From Oscillospiraceae bacterium (GTDB taxonomy: Bacteria; Bacillota; Clostridia; Oscillospirales; Ruminococcaceae): 54,126 bases of DNA. This document shows, piece after piece, positions 38,132-47,670 of the stretch. Where the stretch lies: positions 1 to 54,126 of the forward strand of contig JALEMR010000068.1 of the NCBI GenBank assembly GCA_022768245.1. The letters run 5' to 3'. The stretch's first letter is position 1. Each line of letters begins with the position of its first letter. The notes under the pieces were generated by a model. The model searched no databases and was not told where the DNA came from. It was given only the letters and a program-made list of their open reading frames with translations. The translations under genes were made by a program, and so were the position numbers.

Positions 38132-38926
38132 ATGAACATTATCCACAAATGCACCACTACAAGAAAAACTGCCGTGGTCACGGGCGCTACCTCGGGTATC
38201 GGACGGGATATCGCCCGTCAGCTTCGGGAAATAGGGTATCACCTTATCATAACGGGGCGAAATGAAAAGGAACTGAAACGCCTTGTGTGCGAGTTCGGCG
38301 AAAAATATACCACCGCTGTCAGCGCAGACCTTGCCGATAAAAAGGAATGCCTTGCACTGTACAGGCTCGCCTGCGAATATAATACCGAAGTCCTCGTCAA
38401 CAACGCAGGCTTCGGTATGTACGGAGAATTCGCACAGACAAGCCTTTCTAAGGAAATGGATATGCTTGATGTCAACGTCAGGGCTGTCCACATTCTCATG
38501 AAGCTTTTCCTCAGAAGATTTGCTCGGAGAAATTACGGATATATCCTCAACGTGGCTTCCTCGGCGGGATATGTTCCGGGACCGCTCATGTCCGTTTATT
38601 ATGCCACGAAAAGCTACATTGTCAGCCTTACCGCCTCCGTTTACGAGGAGATAAAGCGCAGAGGTCTCAACGTTCATATCAGCATGCTCTGCCCCGGTCC
38701 CGTCAAGACCGACTTCAACAGCAGAGCGGGAGTTCGCGGCAAAATAGACGGCATCACCTCCGCAATGGCAGCCTCCGAAGCTGTGGAGGGAATGTTCGCG
38801 GGAAAGCTTGAGATAATCCCCACTGCGGGCGTGAAGGCTATCTGCTATCTGGGCGGGGCACTTCCGAAAAAGCTCTCCGCGTTCGCTAACTATTACGTTC
38901 AGAAGCTGAACAAATCAAGAAAATGA
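38132..38926 (+). CDS. SDR-family short-chain dehydrogenase/reductase
   Basis: TGATSGIGRDIA is the Rossmann motif, NNAG is present, and the catalytic residues are Y..K (YYATK). Confidence 0.85.
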   Translation: MNIIHKCTTTRKTAVVTGATSGIGRDIARQLREIGYHLIITGRNEKELKRLVCEFGEKYTTAVSADLADKKECLALYRLACEYNTEVLVNNAGFGMYGEFAQTSLSKEMDMLDVNVRAVHILMKLFLRRFARRNYGYILNVASSAGYVPGPLMSVYYATKSYIVSLTASVYEEIKRRGLNVHISMLCPGPVKTDFNSRAGVRGKIDGITSAMAASEAVEGMFAGKLEIIPTAGVKAICYLGGALPKKLSAFANYYVQKLNKSRK

Positions 38927-38958
38927 TACACGGAAAATGATCGGAAAGGAGGGATACG

Positions 38959-41187
38959 GTGGAGACCGTTCAGAAGGACCTTATCGCCATTGAGGGCGAA
39001 GTGGACAGCGTCCTTTTCAGGAACAGCGAAAACGGCTATATTGTCCTAGACCTGGACACGGGCAGCGACCTCGTTACCGTGGTCGGCGAGCTTGGCAACA
39101 TCGACGTGGGCGAGGAGCTGCGCCTTACGGGCGAATATGTCAATCACCCCAAATTCGGCTCACAGTTCAAGGCGCAGATATGCGAACGGAAAATGCCCGC
39201 AACCTCCTCCGCTATCCTGAAATACCTGTCCTCGGGGGCAATTAAGGGCATAGGCCCCGCAATGGCTAAGAAAATAGTCGACAAATTCGGCGAGAAAAGT
39301 CTCGATATCATCGAAAACGAACCCGAAAAGCTTCTCGAAATAAAAGGCATCACCAAAAAGAGAATAGAAGAGGCTTCTCAGGAATTCAAGCGTATCAACG
39401 GCATACGCTCTCTGATGATATTCCTTTCAAAATTCAATATCCTCCCTTCAATTGCCGTGAAGATATGGAAGCGCTGGGGACAGTTCTCTATCGACGTCAT
39501 CAAGGAGAATCCCTACGTGCTCTGCCGAAACGGCATCGAGCTTGAATTCGAAAAGGCGGAGTATATCGCCGATAAGCTTGAACGCCCCAAGGACGACATC
39601 AACCGCATACGGGCAGGTATCTTTTATGTCCTGTTTCACAATACATTTAACGGTCACTGCTGTCTGCCCGCCGACAGGCTGAAAGCTGCGGCGATATCTC
39701 TTCTCAAGACCGACGAGGAAAAATATGCCGAGGCTCTTGCTGCCGAGGAGGACGACGACAACATAGTCATCTTCGACAAGAACGGACGGGAATTTGTCTA
39801 TCTGTACGATTATTTCCGCGCAGAATCCTACATAACCGACCGTCTTTCCCTTATGAGGGGCTGCTTTATCAACTCGGACGACGATTACTCCAAGCTTATC
39901 GACATCGAAGAGACTGCCAAGGGCATCACCTACGCCGAACAGCAGCGAAAGGCTATCTCTCTTGCCCTTTCACAGGGATTCCTCATTCTAACAGGCGGCC
40001 CCGGAACGGGTAAGACCACGACCTTAAAGGCTATCATCTCACTATACGAACAGCGGGGCATGAAGGTCATGATAGCCGCTCCCACGGGACGCGCCGCAAA
40101 ACGCATATCCGACCTGACGGGCTACCCCGCTAAGACTATCCACCGTCTCCTTGAAGTAGTATACGACAGCACGGGACAGCTGAAATTCAAGCACGACGAA
40201 AACGACCCCGTTTCCTGCGATGTTATGATAATCGACGAGATGTCCATGGTGGACTGTCTGCTGTTCGAGGCTCTGCTCCGCGCAATGAAGCTTTCATGCA
40301 GGCTCATCATGGTGGGCGACAGCGACCAGCTGCCCAGCGTGGGCGCGGGAAATCTTCTCAAGGATATGACAGACTGCGGACGGCTTACGGTGGTACAGCT
40401 CACCGAGATATTCCGACAGGCGCAGCAGAGCGCTATCATCACCAATGCTCACAGGATAGTAAGCGGAGAAGATCCCGTACTTACCCTGAAGGACAACGAC
40501 TTTTTCTTCATGCAGCGCCTTGACAGCGAAAAGGCGGCTGAGCTTGTTGCCGAGCTTTACAGCGAACGTCTCCCGAAGGCGTACAATTACTCCCCTTTCG
40601 ACGATATACAGGTGCTGTGCCCGTCCAGAAAAGGCGCTCTCGGAGTGACCGAGCTCAACAGGCTGTTGCAGCAGAGGATTAATCCTCCCGAAAAGGGACG
40701 GGCAGAGGTCAAGGGTATCCTTTACACCTTCCGCGACGGCGATAAGGTCATGCAGACCAAAAACAATTACGACATTTTATGGAAAAAAGAAAACGAAGAG
40801 GGTGCGGGAATTTTCAACGGAGATATAGGCACAATAATCAAGGTGCGCCGCAGCGACAGCAAGGTCATCATCGACTTTGAGGGACGTATCACCGAATATG
40901 ACTTCGATATGCTGGACCAGCTGGAGCTTGCCTATGCGATAACCGTCCACAAAAGTCAGGGCAGCGAGTTCAATGCTGTGATAATCCCCCTGCTGGGCGG
41001 CTTTGACAAGCTTTATTACAGAAATCTGCTGTACACCGCCGTTACCCGTGCCAAAAAGCTGCTTATCATCGTGGGCTCGTCGGCGGCGGTGGAAAGAATG
41101 GTGGCAAACAACCGCAGAACGCTGCGATATTCCTGTCTGAAATACATGCTGGAGACAAATCTCGAGGAAAGGCAGACCGAATTATGA
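38959..41187 (+). CDS. recD2: RecD2-type SF1B 5'-3' DNA helicase
   Basis: GTG start after AAAGGAGGGA. Walker A GGPGTGKTT, MIIDEMSMVD, and the C-terminal motifs (...YAITVHKSQGSEF) are present. It is 742 aa. Confidence 0.9.
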   Translation: METVQKDLIAIEGEVDSVLFRNSENGYIVLDLDTGSDLVTVVGELGNIDVGEELRLTGEYVNHPKFGSQFKAQICERKMPATSSAILKYLSSGAIKGIGPAMAKKIVDKFGEKSLDIIENEPEKLLEIKGITKKRIEEASQEFKRINGIRSLMIFLSKFNILPSIAVKIWKRWGQFSIDVIKENPYVLCRNGIELEFEKAEYIADKLERPKDDINRIRAGIFYVLFHNTFNGHCCLPADRLKAAAISLLKTDEEKYAEALAAEEDDDNIVIFDKNGREFVYLYDYFRAESYITDRLSLMRGCFINSDDDYSKLIDIEETAKGITYAEQQRKAISLALSQGFLILTGGPGTGKTTTLKAIISLYEQRGMKVMIAAPTGRAAKRISDLTGYPAKTIHRLLEVVYDSTGQLKFKHDENDPVSCDVMIIDEMSMVDCLLFEALLRAMKLSCRLIMVGDSDQLPSVGAGNLLKDMTDCGRLTVVQLTEIFRQAQQSAIITNAHRIVSGEDPVLTLKDNDFFFMQRLDSEKAAELVAELYSERLPKAYNYSPFDDIQVLCPSRKGALGVTELNRLLQQRINPPEKGRAEVKGILYTFRDGDKVMQTKNNYDILWKKENEEGAGIFNGDIGTIIKVRRSDSKVIIDFEGRITEYDFDMLDQLELAYAITVHKSQGSEFNAVIIPLLGGFDKLYYRNLLYTAVTRAKKLLIIVGSSAAVERMVANNRRTLRYSCLKYMLETNLEERQTEL

Positions 41188-41897
41188 GCGGCTTTGACAT
41201 GGTAAAGACCGACAGGAAGGAAATGCTCATCGACCTGATATTCCCCAACAGATGTCCCTTCTGCGGGAAGGTCATACATTGGAGCAGCTACTGCTGCGAG
41301 ACCTGCTATACACAGGCGGAATGGGTGAATTTCGATTCGGTCAGGATATGCCGCCGCTGCGGACATTACGTCTGCGAATGCGGCACGGAAAGGATATATT
41401 ACGACCGCTGCTTTTTCGCGGCTTCTTACAGCGGCGAGAGCGTGAAAAATGCCGTTCTCGCAATGAAATACAAGAAAAGTGAAAACGCCGCAGTCATTTT
41501 TTCGCAGCGGCTTTACGAACTGCTGAAAAATGAAGAGCATACCGATATTGACTATATAGTCCCCGTTCCGATGAACAGGAAAAAGCTTCGGAAGAGAGGA
41601 TATAATCAGTCGGAAATACTTGCAGAGCATCTGTCGGAGCTGCTGGATATCCCCGTGAGGACGGACCTTATCGGAAAACGATACTCGTCGGAAACACAGC
41701 ACAGCAGAACTGCCGAGGAACGCAAAACAGCCGTTATGACGGAGTATTTCTCCCTTGACAAAAAGCTTGGCGGGGAAAAGATACTCCTCTGCGATGATAT
41801 TTTTACAACCGGCTCTACAGCCAACCGCTGCGCAGAGCTGCTGAAGGATATCGGAGCCTCTTCGGTGACGGCGGCGGTATGCGCGGCTGTATTATAA
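41184..41897 (+). CDS. comFC: ComF-family protein (ComFC-like, zinc-finger plus phosphoribosyltransferase fold)
   Basis: The ATGA start overlaps the recD2 stop. An N-terminal Cys4 (CPFCG...CxxC) precedes a C-terminal PRTase motif ILLCDDIFTTGST. Confidence 0.8.
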   Translation: MSGFDMVKTDRKEMLIDLIFPNRCPFCGKVIHWSSYCCETCYTQAEWVNFDSVRICRRCGHYVCECGTERIYYDRCFFAASYSGESVKNAVLAMKYKKSENAAVIFSQRLYELLKNEEHTDIDYIVPVPMNRKKLRKRGYNQSEILAEHLSELLDIPVRTDLIGKRYSSETQHSRTAEERKTAVMTEYFSLDKKLGGEKILLCDDIFTTGSTANRCAELLKDIGASSVTAAVCAAVL

Positions 41898-41937
41898 ATA
41901 ATGAAAGGAGCAGCTTACCGTCAGGTGGCGCAATAAT

Positions 41938-42939
41938 ATGGATATTGGAATAGATCTGGGAACAGCCAACGTGCTGATCTCCATGGAGAAAAAGGGAATC
42001 GTCCTCAATGAACCGTCGGTGGTCGCATTCAACAAGAAAACCGAGGAGATCATCGCCGTGGGCGCCGAAGCCGACAGGATGACGGGAAAGACTCCCGATT
42101 ATATCGCGGTGATACGTCCTCTGTGCGACGGAGTCATCTCCGACTACAACATGAACGAATGCATGATAACCGAGTTTATCCATCGGGTGATGAAGCGGCA
42201 GATGATAATGCCCCGCATGATAATGTGCATACCCTCGTCCATAACCGACGTGGAGAGCCGCGCAGTGGTAGATGCCGCAAGGGCTGCGGGTGCAAGAAAA
42301 ATATACCTCATCGAAGAGCCTCTGGCAGCGCTTTTAGGCTCGGGCGGAGATATCTCCAAGCCCGGCGGAAATATGGTCATCGACATCGGCGGCGGAACTA
42401 CCGACGTTGCTGTGGTCTCCATGAACGGCATCGTTGCCAAGACCTCCGTCAAAATGGCGGGAAATCGTCTGGACAGCGCTATCATGAAATATATCAGTCA
42501 GAAATATCATGTGCTTATCGGCGAAAAGACTGCGGAGTATGCAAAATTCACCCTTACAAACGTGTTCGACCCGACCGGCAGCGTCAAGGCGAATATCCGC
42601 GGACGGCACATGCTCTCGGGACTTCCCGCGTCGGTGGAGGTCTCCGATATGGACATATACGAGGCGATACACGGCATGACCGACGACTTTATCACCGCAG
42701 TGAAGGACGTTCTGGAGCAGACTCCTCCCGAGCTGGTGGGCGATATACATACAAAGGGCATACTGATGTCGGGCGGCGGAGCAATGCTGGGCGGTCTGGA
42801 CAAGCTGCTCACAAAGGAAACGGGAATACACTGCTATCCCGCCGACGAGCCCATGACCGCAGTGGCAAAGGGCGCAAGCGCTGCATTTAAGTATATAGAT
42901 CAGCTTCTGGACGGATTTGTGGACGTATCTTTGTATTAA
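41938..42939 (+). CDS. mreB: Rod-shape-determining actin homologue MreB/Mbl
   Basis: MDIGIDLGTANVLI...VIRPL.DGVI...DIGGGTTDVAV are actin-fold motifs. It is 333 aa. Confidence 0.9.
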   Translation: MDIGIDLGTANVLISMEKKGIVLNEPSVVAFNKKTEEIIAVGAEADRMTGKTPDYIAVIRPLCDGVISDYNMNECMITEFIHRVMKRQMIMPRMIMCIPSSITDVESRAVVDAARAAGARKIYLIEEPLAALLGSGGDISKPGGNMVIDIGGGTTDVAVVSMNGIVAKTSVKMAGNRLDSAIMKYISQKYHVLIGEKTAEYAKFTLTNVFDPTGSVKANIRGRHMLSGLPASVEVSDMDIYEAIHGMTDDFITAVKDVLEQTPPELVGDIHTKGILMSGGGAMLGGLDKLLTKETGIHCYPADEPMTAVAKGASAAFKYIDQLLDGFVDVSLY

Positions 42940-42958
42940 TGAAAAGGAATGTAACTAA

Positions 42959-43972
42959 ATGAGCAAGGAAGTCAGAATGAAGGATATCGCCGACAGACTG
43001 GGCATAAGCATCGTGGCAGTGTCAAAGGCGCTCAGCGGCAAGGAGGGCGTCAGCGAGGAGCTTCGCAGCAGGGTGCGCCGCACTGCGGACGAGATTGGCT
43101 ACAATTATCGTGCCATGAAGGTATCTGCGGTGAAAAAAAGCGAGCGCACGGGCAATGTCGGCGTTATTGCTTCGGAAAGATTCATCGACGAGGATTCATT
43201 CTATCTGAAATACTACAAGCACATCTCCGCTTTTCTGCAGCAGCGGGACTATTACGCTTTCTTCCACACTCTCACCGTTTCCGACGAGGAAAACCTAATT
43301 CTTCCGAAGCTTCTCACTGCCGACCGCGTGGACGGAGTCATCTTTTTAGGTCCCTTTTCCAAGGAATACACCGCTCTTCTGACGGACAGCGGCATTCCCG
43401 TGGTCTTTCTGGATTTCTACGACGACCGCAGCGATATCGACTGCATTATCTGCGACGGCTTCTATGCCTCCTTCGACATGACGAATTATCTTATCCGAAA
43501 CGGTCACAGAAAGATAGCCTTCGTGGGCACCGTGGGCGCGACCAGCAGCATCGAGGACCGCTTTCTGGGCTATGCAAAATCTCTTATCGGGCACGGAATC
43601 CACATCAGCCGAAACTACATCTTAGACGACCGCACCGAGGACGGCATGCTGGTGGATATCGCTCTTCCCGTGGATATGCCTACAGCATTCGTATGCAACT
43701 GCGACCAGACCGCAAACCGTCTTATCAAGCAGCTGAAATCGCTGGGGTACCGCATACCCGACGATATTTCGGTGACGGGCTTTGACAATTCGGTGTATTC
43801 CTCCGTTTCCGAGCCGAAGATAACCACTATCGAAGTAAACACGGAAATGATGTCTGCCCGCGCAGTGGACGTGCTGCTGGCAAAGATAGAAAAGCCCGAT
43901 ACAAGTGTGGGACGTATCCCCGTTTCGGGAGATATCGTCTATAAAAGCTCCGTGCGTTCGCTGAACAAATAA
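42959..43972 (+). CDS. LacI-family transcriptional regulator
   Basis: The N-terminal HTH is MKDIADRLGISIVAVSKALSG, followed by a periplasmic-binding-protein-like sugar-binding domain. Confidence 0.85.
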   Translation: MSKEVRMKDIADRLGISIVAVSKALSGKEGVSEELRSRVRRTADEIGYNYRAMKVSAVKKSERTGNVGVIASERFIDEDSFYLKYYKHISAFLQQRDYYAFFHTLTVSDEENLILPKLLTADRVDGVIFLGPFSKEYTALLTDSGIPVVFLDFYDDRSDIDCIICDGFYASFDMTNYLIRNGHRKIAFVGTVGATSSIEDRFLGYAKSLIGHGIHISRNYILDDRTEDGMLVDIALPVDMPTAFVCNCDQTANRLIKQLKSLGYRIPDDISVTGFDNSVYSSVSEPKITTIEVNTEMMSARAVDVLLAKIEKPDTSVGRIPVSGDIVYKSSVRSLNK

Positions 43973-43974
43973 TA

Positions 43975-44050
43975 AAAGCGGCGCTGCAAAGTATCCGCTT
44001 TCGCCTTTCCCGCTTTTGCGGGAATAATACTTTACAGCGCCGCTTGTTTT
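43975..44050. terminator. Bidirectional terminator between the LacI regulator gene and the SASP gene
   Basis: An outer stem aagcggcgctg/cagcgccgctt encloses an inner hairpin cccgc-tttt-gcggg, followed by GTTTT. Confidence 0.5.
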
Positions 44051-44061
44051 ATATGGTCAGG

Positions 44062-44250
44062 TTATGCCTTGTTGCCCATCTTGTAGGCGTCGATCATCTT
44101 CTTGACCATCTGTCCGCCAATGGAGCCTGCTTCTCTTGCAGTGAGGTCACCGTTGTAACCGTTCTTGAGGTTTACGCCAACTTCGCTTGCAGCTTCCATC
44201 TTAAATCTTTCCATGGTTTCTCTGCCTTCGTTTGTGATGTTGTCTTTCAT
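44062..44250 (-). CDS. Alpha/beta-type small acid-soluble spore protein
   Basis: 62 aa with the SASP signatures KMEAASEVGVNL and LTAREAGSIGGQMVKKMI. Ribosome-binding site AAGGAG. Confidence 0.9.
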   Translation of the reverse strand: MKDNITNEGRETMERFKMEAASEVGVNLKNGYNGDLTAREAGSIGGQMVKKMIDAYKMGNKA

Positions 44251-44408
44251 TGTTTTAATCTCCTTAATCGAAATCTTTGGGTTATCGGGTTTGCATTAGT
44301 ATTATATGAATCGCAAAATCAAATATTAAAGAAAATTTTTAGCAGAAAAATTTCATTGACAGATACAAAGATTTATATTATAATAATTATATATGTACAT
44401 TATTTGAG

Positions 44409-45152
44409 GTGATACTTTTGAAAGGCTACAGGATAAGCATTCTCCGTCACGGAAGGACCTCCGCCAACGACGACGGTATCTATATAGGAAAGACCGACCT
44501 TCCTCTCTCCGAAGAGGGCAAGGAGGAGCTTCGCATACAATATCAGATGCATGAATATCCCAAGGTGGAACGGGTGTATTCAAGTCCGCTGGAAAGAGCG
44601 ATACAATCAGCGGAGATACTCTTCCCCGACCGCGAGATAGTTTTAGTAGACGACCTGCGGGAAATGGATTTCGGCATCTTCGAGGGCGTTAAGGCCGAAG
44701 AGGCTGTGGAGCTGGATTCCTACAAGAAATGGCTAAAAGGCGGGCTTGACAATCCTCCGCCTAACGGAGAAAGTCTCCGAAGCATGCTGCTGCGCTGCTA
44801 CACCTCTCTGGACGCCATCATCAGGGATATGATGACGAACGGCATCGTCCGCGCGGGAATAGTCACTCATTCGGGAATTATGATGAATATGCTCTCCTGC
44901 TTCGGTCTGCCTAAGATGAAGGCTATGGATCTCATGTGCGAAATGGGCGAGGGCTATGAGATAATGGTCACTGCGCAGATGTGGCAGAACGGAAAAACCT
45001 TTGAGATTCTCGGAAAGATACCCGGCGGCGATTCGGTGGGCTACAACGACGCAGGCGAGCTTATCGCAGAGGATTACCGCGCAGATTACGGCAACCGTGC
45101 CGAGGAATACTCCGATTATTTTAACGATGAGGATATCAGCTTCTATGAATAA
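44409..45152 (+). CDS. Histidine phosphatase family protein (phosphoglycerate-mutase-like)
   Basis: ILRHGRTSANDDGIYIGKTDLPLSEEGKEEL carries the catalytic RHG motif. An alternative TTG start at 44418 has better ribosome-binding-site spacing. Confidence 0.75.
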   Translation: MILLKGYRISILRHGRTSANDDGIYIGKTDLPLSEEGKEELRIQYQMHEYPKVERVYSSPLERAIQSAEILFPDREIVLVDDLREMDFGIFEGVKAEEAVELDSYKKWLKGGLDNPPPNGESLRSMLLRCYTSLDAIIRDMMTNGIVRAGIVTHSGIMMNMLSCFGLPKMKAMDLMCEMGEGYEIMVTAQMWQNGKTFEILGKIPGGDSVGYNDAGELIAEDYRADYGNRAEEYSDYFNDEDISFYE

Positions 45153-46014
45153 CAAAGAGATCAGAAAAAAAGCTCTCAGCAGACTTTCATATTACTGGGT
45201 GGAAGCCGAATTCCTTTTTCTGGTGAATTTCGGTGCAATGGCACTGTTTATGGCTGCTGCATATATGATAGTGCTTATACTCAGGCCCGATCTTGGGACA
45301 TTTTCCTTCCCGCTGAAGCTGCCTCAGATCATTGACACATTCAGGGAAAGCTCCGAGGTCAGAACTGCCGCGCTCATTCTTCCGCCTGTGATGACTGTTT
45401 TTATCAGTCCGCTGTTTTATGGGATAAAATGGTGCTACTATCAAGCGGCACAGGGAAAAAATGCGCCCGTTTCGGGAGCGTTCTACGGTTATTTTTCCTT
45501 AAGAAAATGGGGAAAAGCCATTCTGCTGAATCTGCTTGTATTTTTACACAAGCTTGTGTATTTTATCCCGATAGCAGCGGTGGGCGGAACTGTATATTAC
45601 ATATTCATAACAATACTCAACAATACCGAAAGCGCCATTATGAAGGCTCTGCTGTATTTCGGCATGATAATCGTACTGCTGGGGCTCAGCCTTATCTATA
45701 TAATCGTTACGGTAAAATTCCAGCTTATCCCCTACTTTTTTGCCGAGGAACCCGAAAAGAAGATACTGGATATCTATCATGAAGGAGTCGAGGCAATGAG
45801 CGGTTCAAAGGGACGTTTTGCGGCGCTTCAGGTATACTTTGTCCCGATGCTGGCGCTTTGTCTATCGGGATATCTTGCGATGTTTGTCATTCCCTATTAC
45901 TGCATGGTAAAGGCTATCTGCGCGGCGGAAATTTCGGGCGGAAAGCTTTTCGACGAGCAGATAGAAAACGATGAAAAAAAGACGGAAGGGGAAGCTGTTA
46001 AGTCTGCGGTGTGA
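45145..46014 (+). CDS. Integral membrane protein, DUF975-like
   Basis: The ATG at 45145 overlaps the upstream gene by 8 nt. Five to six TM helices. The track ORF from 45001 is an upstream extension. Confidence 0.5.
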   Translation: MNNKEIRKKALSRLSYYWVEAEFLFLVNFGAMALFMAAAYMIVLILRPDLGTFSFPLKLPQIIDTFRESSEVRTAALILPPVMTVFISPLFYGIKWCYYQAAQGKNAPVSGAFYGYFSLRKWGKAILLNLLVFLHKLVYFIPIAAVGGTVYYIFITILNNTESAIMKALLYFGMIIVLLGLSLIYIIVTVKFQLIPYFFAEEPEKKILDIYHEGVEAMSGSKGRFAALQVYFVPMLALCLSGYLAMFVIPYYCMVKAICAAEISGGKLFDEQIENDEKKTEGEAVKSAV

Positions 46015-46043
46015 ATAGGCAGGGAAAGTATATAGTGCGTACT

Positions 46044-46282
46044 CAATAACTGCCCTTCGGGCAGTTATTGGCTGAAAATCCTGTATAACAGGATTTTCAG
46101 CGGCACAAATCAAAGATTTGTGCCGTACTACCTAAATAATGTCTGCTTTGCCGCCGCTGACGGGCGGCAAGGTGCAAGGATTTTGGGCTAAGTCGCCCAA
46201 AATCCTTGCACCCAACAACCGAAAAGTGCTCCGAAGCAAAGCTTCTGCGCACTTTTTCGGTTGTTGAGCAGACATTATATAA
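46044..46282 (+). other. Block of five to six consecutive perfect hairpins; the last three are enclosed by 12-bp terminal inverted repeats (about 145-nt element, 46136..46278)
   Basis: The hairpins are caataactgccc-ttcg-gggcagttattg, ctgaaaatcctgt-ataa-caggattttcag, cggcacaaatc-aaa-gatttgtgccg, ttgccgcc...ggcggcaa, an 18-bp ggtgcaaggattttgggc/gcccaaaatccttgcacc, and a 17-bp caacaaccgaaaagtgc/gcactttttcggttgttg. The outer repeats are ataatgtctgct / agcagacattat. Confidence 0.6.
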
Positions 46283-46354
46283 TGCTCCGACTTTAAGATG
46301 ATACATACTTATTGTACAGGCGAATAATCGTACACAAAGAGGAGGATTCACAGC

Positions 46355-46633
46355 ATGAACTACACTCACATGCTTTTAGAGGTATACTGTCTTTCGGAAG
46401 ATAAAGCCGATACTCCGTCCTGCTGCAAGTGGGGAAAAGCTCATATCGGTATCCAGTGCATAGCGGAGCGTTGTCCCCACTGCGGTTACTGTGAAGCGGA
46501 AAACGAGCTTGCCCTGACGGACAGCCGCGGCATCGTCAATAAAAGCTCCGACTGCATAGCCTTCGGCGGAGATATGGATATAATACTAATCCCCGATAAA
46601 AGTGTAGCCAAAAAATCTGCGCAAAATCCATAA
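46355..46633 (+). CDS. Small Cys-rich hypothetical protein
   Basis: The ribosome-binding site AAAGAGGAGGA is strong. 92 aa with 10 Cys including CPHCGYC and SCCKWGK. Confidence 0.5.
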   Translation: MNYTHMLLEVYCLSEDKADTPSCCKWGKAHIGIQCIAERCPHCGYCEAENELALTDSRGIVNKSSDCIAFGGDMDIILIPDKSVAKKSAQNP

Positions 46634-46783
46634 ATCTAAGCTTTTGCTTGATTTTTTGTACACTTTTTAATCGAGGATTAGTATAAGCGAAAATGAAGAT
46701 GAAAGAGATCGTCTGTTGGAAAACTGGTATGATATATGCCGAAATAAAATAGACGAGGCTTATTCCGAATATATGAAAAAAAC

Positions 46784-46835
46784 AACGCCGGATAAATGCA
46801 CATTATCGCATTTATCCGGCGTTATTTAATTTTTC
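46784..46835. terminator. Bidirectional rho-independent terminator
   Basis: aacgccggataaatgc-acattatc-gcatttatccggcgtt has an A-run upstream and TTTAATTTTT downstream. It overlaps the trmH-family stop. Confidence 0.65.
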
Positions 46836-47653
46836 CTAAGTTCCCAGAATGCCACTGCGCTTGCCGCAGCCACATTCAGCGAATCCACATTGTGCTGCAT
46901 GGGTATGCGCACCGTGTAGTCACAGGCGGCTATCGTCTTTTCCGACAGCCCGTCGCCCTCCGTCCCGAGGACTATTGCAAGCCTTTCCTCGGCGTGAAGC
47001 TTCGGGTCGTCGATGCTGACCGAATCATCGCTCAGCGCCATTGCAGCTGTCTTAAAGCCCATAGCATGGAGCCGAGCTATCCCCTCTTCGGGCCACTGCG
47101 AGGCTTCGCTGCCGATATATGTCCACGGGATCTGAAAGACCGTGCCCATGCTTACCCGCACTGCTCGTCTGCACAGCGGGTCACAGCAGGAGGGCGTTAC
47201 CAGCACCCCGTCCACTCCCAGAGCCGCCGCAGAACGGAATATTGCTCCCACATTCGTTGAATCGGCGATGTTTTCAAGGACTGCGATACGTGCGGCATTC
47301 TGACATATCTCCTCCGCTTCGGGAAGCTTCGGTCGGCGCATCGCACACAATACTCCCCTTGTCAGACGGAAGCCCGTCAGCTGCTCGAGAAGCTCGCTTT
47401 CCGCCGTGAATACGGGGATATTTCCGCATTTTCCGAGAAGCTCTCCCGCCTGTCCGTCGATGTGCCGCTGAATGGTCAGCATGGAAACAGGCTCGTACCC
47501 CACACTTAGGGCAAGGTTTATCACCTTGGGGCTTTCCGCAATGAATATCCCCTTTTCGGGCTCAAGACGATTTCTCAGCTGCGCCTCGGTAAGCCGCGCA
47601 TATACGTCCAGCTCGGGCGCATTGATATCGGTTATATGAATTATCTCTGCCAT
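46826..47653 (-). CDS. TrmH/SpoU-family RNA 2'-O-methyltransferase
   Basis: The SpoU motifs are LENIADSTNVGAIFRSAAALGVDGVLV and C-terminal SLNVAAASAVAFWEL. Confidence 0.85.
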   Translation of the reverse strand: MAEIIHITDINAPELDVYARLTEAQLRNRLEPEKGIFIAESPKVINLALSVGYEPVSMLTIQRHIDGQAGELLGKCGNIPVFTAESELLEQLTGFRLTRGVLCAMRRPKLPEAEEICQNAARIAVLENIADSTNVGAIFRSAAALGVDGVLVTPSCCDPLCRRAVRVSMGTVFQIPWTYIGSEASQWPEEGIARLHAMGFKTAAMALSDDSVSIDDPKLHAEERLAIVLGTEGDGLSEKTIAACDYTVRIPMQHNVDSLNVAAASAVAFWELRKN

Positions 47654-47670
47654 TATTGACCTCCGCGGGG

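Noticed and set aside
46684-46760. 19-codon micro-ORF (MKMKEIVCWKTGMIYAEIK) between the Cys-rich gene and the terminator
   Set aside because: It is too short and has only a weak ribosome-binding site; most likely chance.
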